Assembly: GCA_002269645.1 (NCBI GenBank)
Contig: NIVC01004646.1
Coordinates: 1 to 39,587 of the forward strand
Source: Macrostomum lignano
Lineage: Eukaryota
DNA length: 39,587 bases
Direction of reading: 5' to 3'
This document shows positions 37,601-39,587 of this stretch, in pieces; positions within the stretch are counted from its first letter, which is position 1; every line of letters begins with the position of its first letter. A program made the translations under genes and the position numbers. Under the pieces are notes generated by a model that made no database searches, was not told the DNA's origin, and was given only the letters and a program-made list of their open reading frames with translations.

Positions 37601-39097
37601 ACCTTCGAAATCACAAGATAACCTTCGAAATCACAAGATAACCTTCGAAATCACAAGATAACCTCGAAATCACAAGATAACCTTCGAAATCACAAGATAA
37701 CCTTCGAAATCACAAGATAACCTTCGAAATCACAAGATAACCTTCGAAATCACAAGATAACAAAATCACAAGATGACCTTTAGAGTCACAAGGTGATCTC
37801 GAAAGTCTCAAGGTATTTTCCAGTCTTTAGGTGATGTCCAAAGTCTCAAGGTAAATTAAGACTAGAGTCTAATCTCTATAGAGTCTATCATGTAATCTTT
37901 AGAGTCTCATGTAATCTTTAGAGTCTCATGCAATCTCTAGAGTCTCATGTAATCTCTAGAGTCTATCATGTAATCTCTAGAGTCTCATGTAATCTCTAGA
38001 GTCTCATGTAATCTCTAGAGTCTCATGTAATCTCTAGAGTCTCATGTAATCTCTAGAGTCTCATGTAATCTCTAAAGTCTCATGCAATCTCTAGAGTCTC
38101 ATGCAATCTCTAGAGTCTCATGCAATCTCTAGAGTCTCATGTAATCTCTAGATAGCTTCGAGTAATCTCTAGAGTCTCATGTAATCTCTAGAGTCTCATG
38201 TAATCTCTAGAGTCTCATGCAGTCTCTAGAGTCTCATGCAATCTCTAGAGTCTCATGCAATCTCTAGAGTCTCATGCAATCTCTAGAGTCTCATGTAATC
38301 TCTAGAGTCTCATGTAATCTCTAGAGTCTCATGCAATCTCTAGAGTCTCATGTAATCTCTAGAGTCTAATGTAATCTCTGGATAGCTTCGAGTAATCTCA
38401 GGAGTTTTAAGATGACCTTCAAATCCCAATACGTTGCAGCTCAGCCACTCATGTTTTAAAAGCATGTTTCAACATTTGCACTTTCAGGCCAATGCTGGCA
38501 GCGCACAGGGAGTTAAGATGGGCGCTCTGAATGAAGAGATCGAGCGACTGAAGGACAAGGCAAGCGCCTGACATTGATGCGTGCTTAGAAAATGAGATTT
38601 TTAAATCATGATGATTTTCTGAATCGCCCTGTACTCTATCGCACAGATCAGCAAATTCGAGAACATGGAAAAAGAGGTGTACACACTGCGACAGCGACAG
38701 ACAGAGTTCGACTTCTATAAGAGTCGAGTTCAGGTAAATTCGGCTTGAGATTTTGAGAATAGAAGTTTTTACGCAAGAAATGTACAATTGCATACTACTT
38801 ATCAAACGTTCGTCAGTAGTGCATTGCAGTTTCTACATTGAATTCATCTGCAGGAACTGCGCACGGAGAACAGCCAGCTAGTTGAGGACCGGCAGCACTT
38901 CGAGGAGCTCCTGTACAGCAGCCGGCGCAAGGAGGAGGACGTCATCGAGCGCCTGGTCGAATGCCAGATGCGCTGCGACGAGCTGGCCGGACTGCGCGAG
39001 GCCGACGCCGAACGTCGCGCCAGGCGCTGGAGGCGCCGCGTCGGCTGGCGTGAGCAGGCCGTGGCCGAATTCGCGAACTCGAAGCCGAAGTGGACAG
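34673..39097 (+). CDS. CCDC88-like: CCDC88 (Girdin/Daple)-like HOOK-domain coiled-coil protein, 5' partial
   Basis: Exons 34673-34714, 34821-34906, 34991-35096, 35175-35247, 35328-35470, 36239-36334, 37230-37502, 38488-38559, 38647-38733 and 38854-39097 join in phase. Motifs [38 protein letters not shown] and [15 protein letters not shown] match the Girdin/Daple N-terminal region. Confidence 0.85.
35613..36170. repeat. 18-nt minisatellite (~31 copies)
   Basis: TGTAGCTGGTGCCCTCTC units in CCDC88-like intron 5. Confidence 0.98.
36475..36648. repeat. 20-nt minisatellite
   Basis: TTTAGAGCTGAGTCCTCGCC units in intron 6. Confidence 0.95.
36670..37132. repeat. 22-nt minisatellite
   Basis: CTTCAGAACACTGCATCCTTGT units in intron 6. 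Confidence 0.96.
37590..37775. repeat. 20-nt minisatellite
   Basis: GATAACCTTCGAAATCACAA units in intron 7. Confidence 0.95.
37870..38400. repeat. 19-nt minisatellite
   Basis: TCTCTAGAGTCTCATG(T/C)AA units in intron 7. Confidence 0.96.
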
Positions 39098-39469
39098 GTG
39101 AGAATTGTACAGGCCGCCTCGGACTCATCATATACGAGTAGGTTTGAGTTAAATGATCTACAGGAGCAATGTACATTTGTAGGGCGCGGCAGACAATGTA
39201 CATGGCAGCTTAAACCTTCCCACCCTCACACGTCAGGATAGGCTTAATGGGGTAGGCTACACGGGCGCTGATTGGACAAAAAATAACCAATAGAAATCGG
39301 GAAAGAAAGAAGAAAGATTGCATACTACTCGTATTGAATTAAGTAGTTATGCTGATATTACTCGTATGTTGTATTTATCTTTCGTCAATTCCGTCAAAAA
39401 CCAAATTTTCTTCTTTTCTCAGTTGCTTCTTCTTTGGACCATGGCATCTCACTCTGCCCTCTTTCAGCC

Positions 39470-39587
39470 TTGCATCTCAGCTACTTATCAATTGAGCCAT
39501 GGCATCTCAGCTACTTATCAATTGAGCCAGGAATCTCAGCTACTTATCAATTGAGTCATGGAATCTCAGCTACTTATCAATTGAGCC
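39470..39587. repeat. ~30-nt minisatellite running off the window end
   Basis: GGCATCTCAGCTACTTATCAATTGAGCCAT units. Confidence 0.9.

Noticed and set aside
35613-38400. Regular short repeats resembling CRISPR arrays
   Set aside because: They are head-to-tail tandem units with no unique spacers, there are no cas genes, and the context is eukaryotic and intronic.

Overview
Eukaryotic (animal) genomic DNA. GC-rich exons sit among AT-rich spacers and many micro- and minisatellites. The style resembles the flatworm Macrostomum, but that assignment is inference only. Four spliced genes were reconstructed by hand with in-phase splice sites: RAD1 (+, 2 exons), an L27-PDZ-PDZ Discs-large-like gene that lacks PDZ3/SH3/GK (-, 7 exons), AP-2 mu/AP2M1 (+, 3 exons, 435 aa), and the 5' part of a CCDC88/Girdin-Daple-like HOOK-domain gene (+, at least 10 exons, probably continuing past the window). 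There is also an orphan Pro/Gln/Gly-Asn-rich terminal exon (+) and weak traces of a minus-strand gene in the first 10.6 kb. Mobile DNA comprises a 5'-truncated but uninterrupted Neptune-type Penelope-like retroelement, a hAT MITE with an 8-bp TSD, an internally deleted mariner with 193-bp TIRs, two decayed LINE fragments and a tRNA/CORE-like SINE. The Penelope-like element is the most interesting item. It carries a minimal type I hammerhead ribozyme in its 3' UTR. It also lies inside a GA-rich satellite whose unit occurs once at its 5' junction and about 30 times at its 3' junction. Most long ORFs in the supplied track are repeat artefacts.
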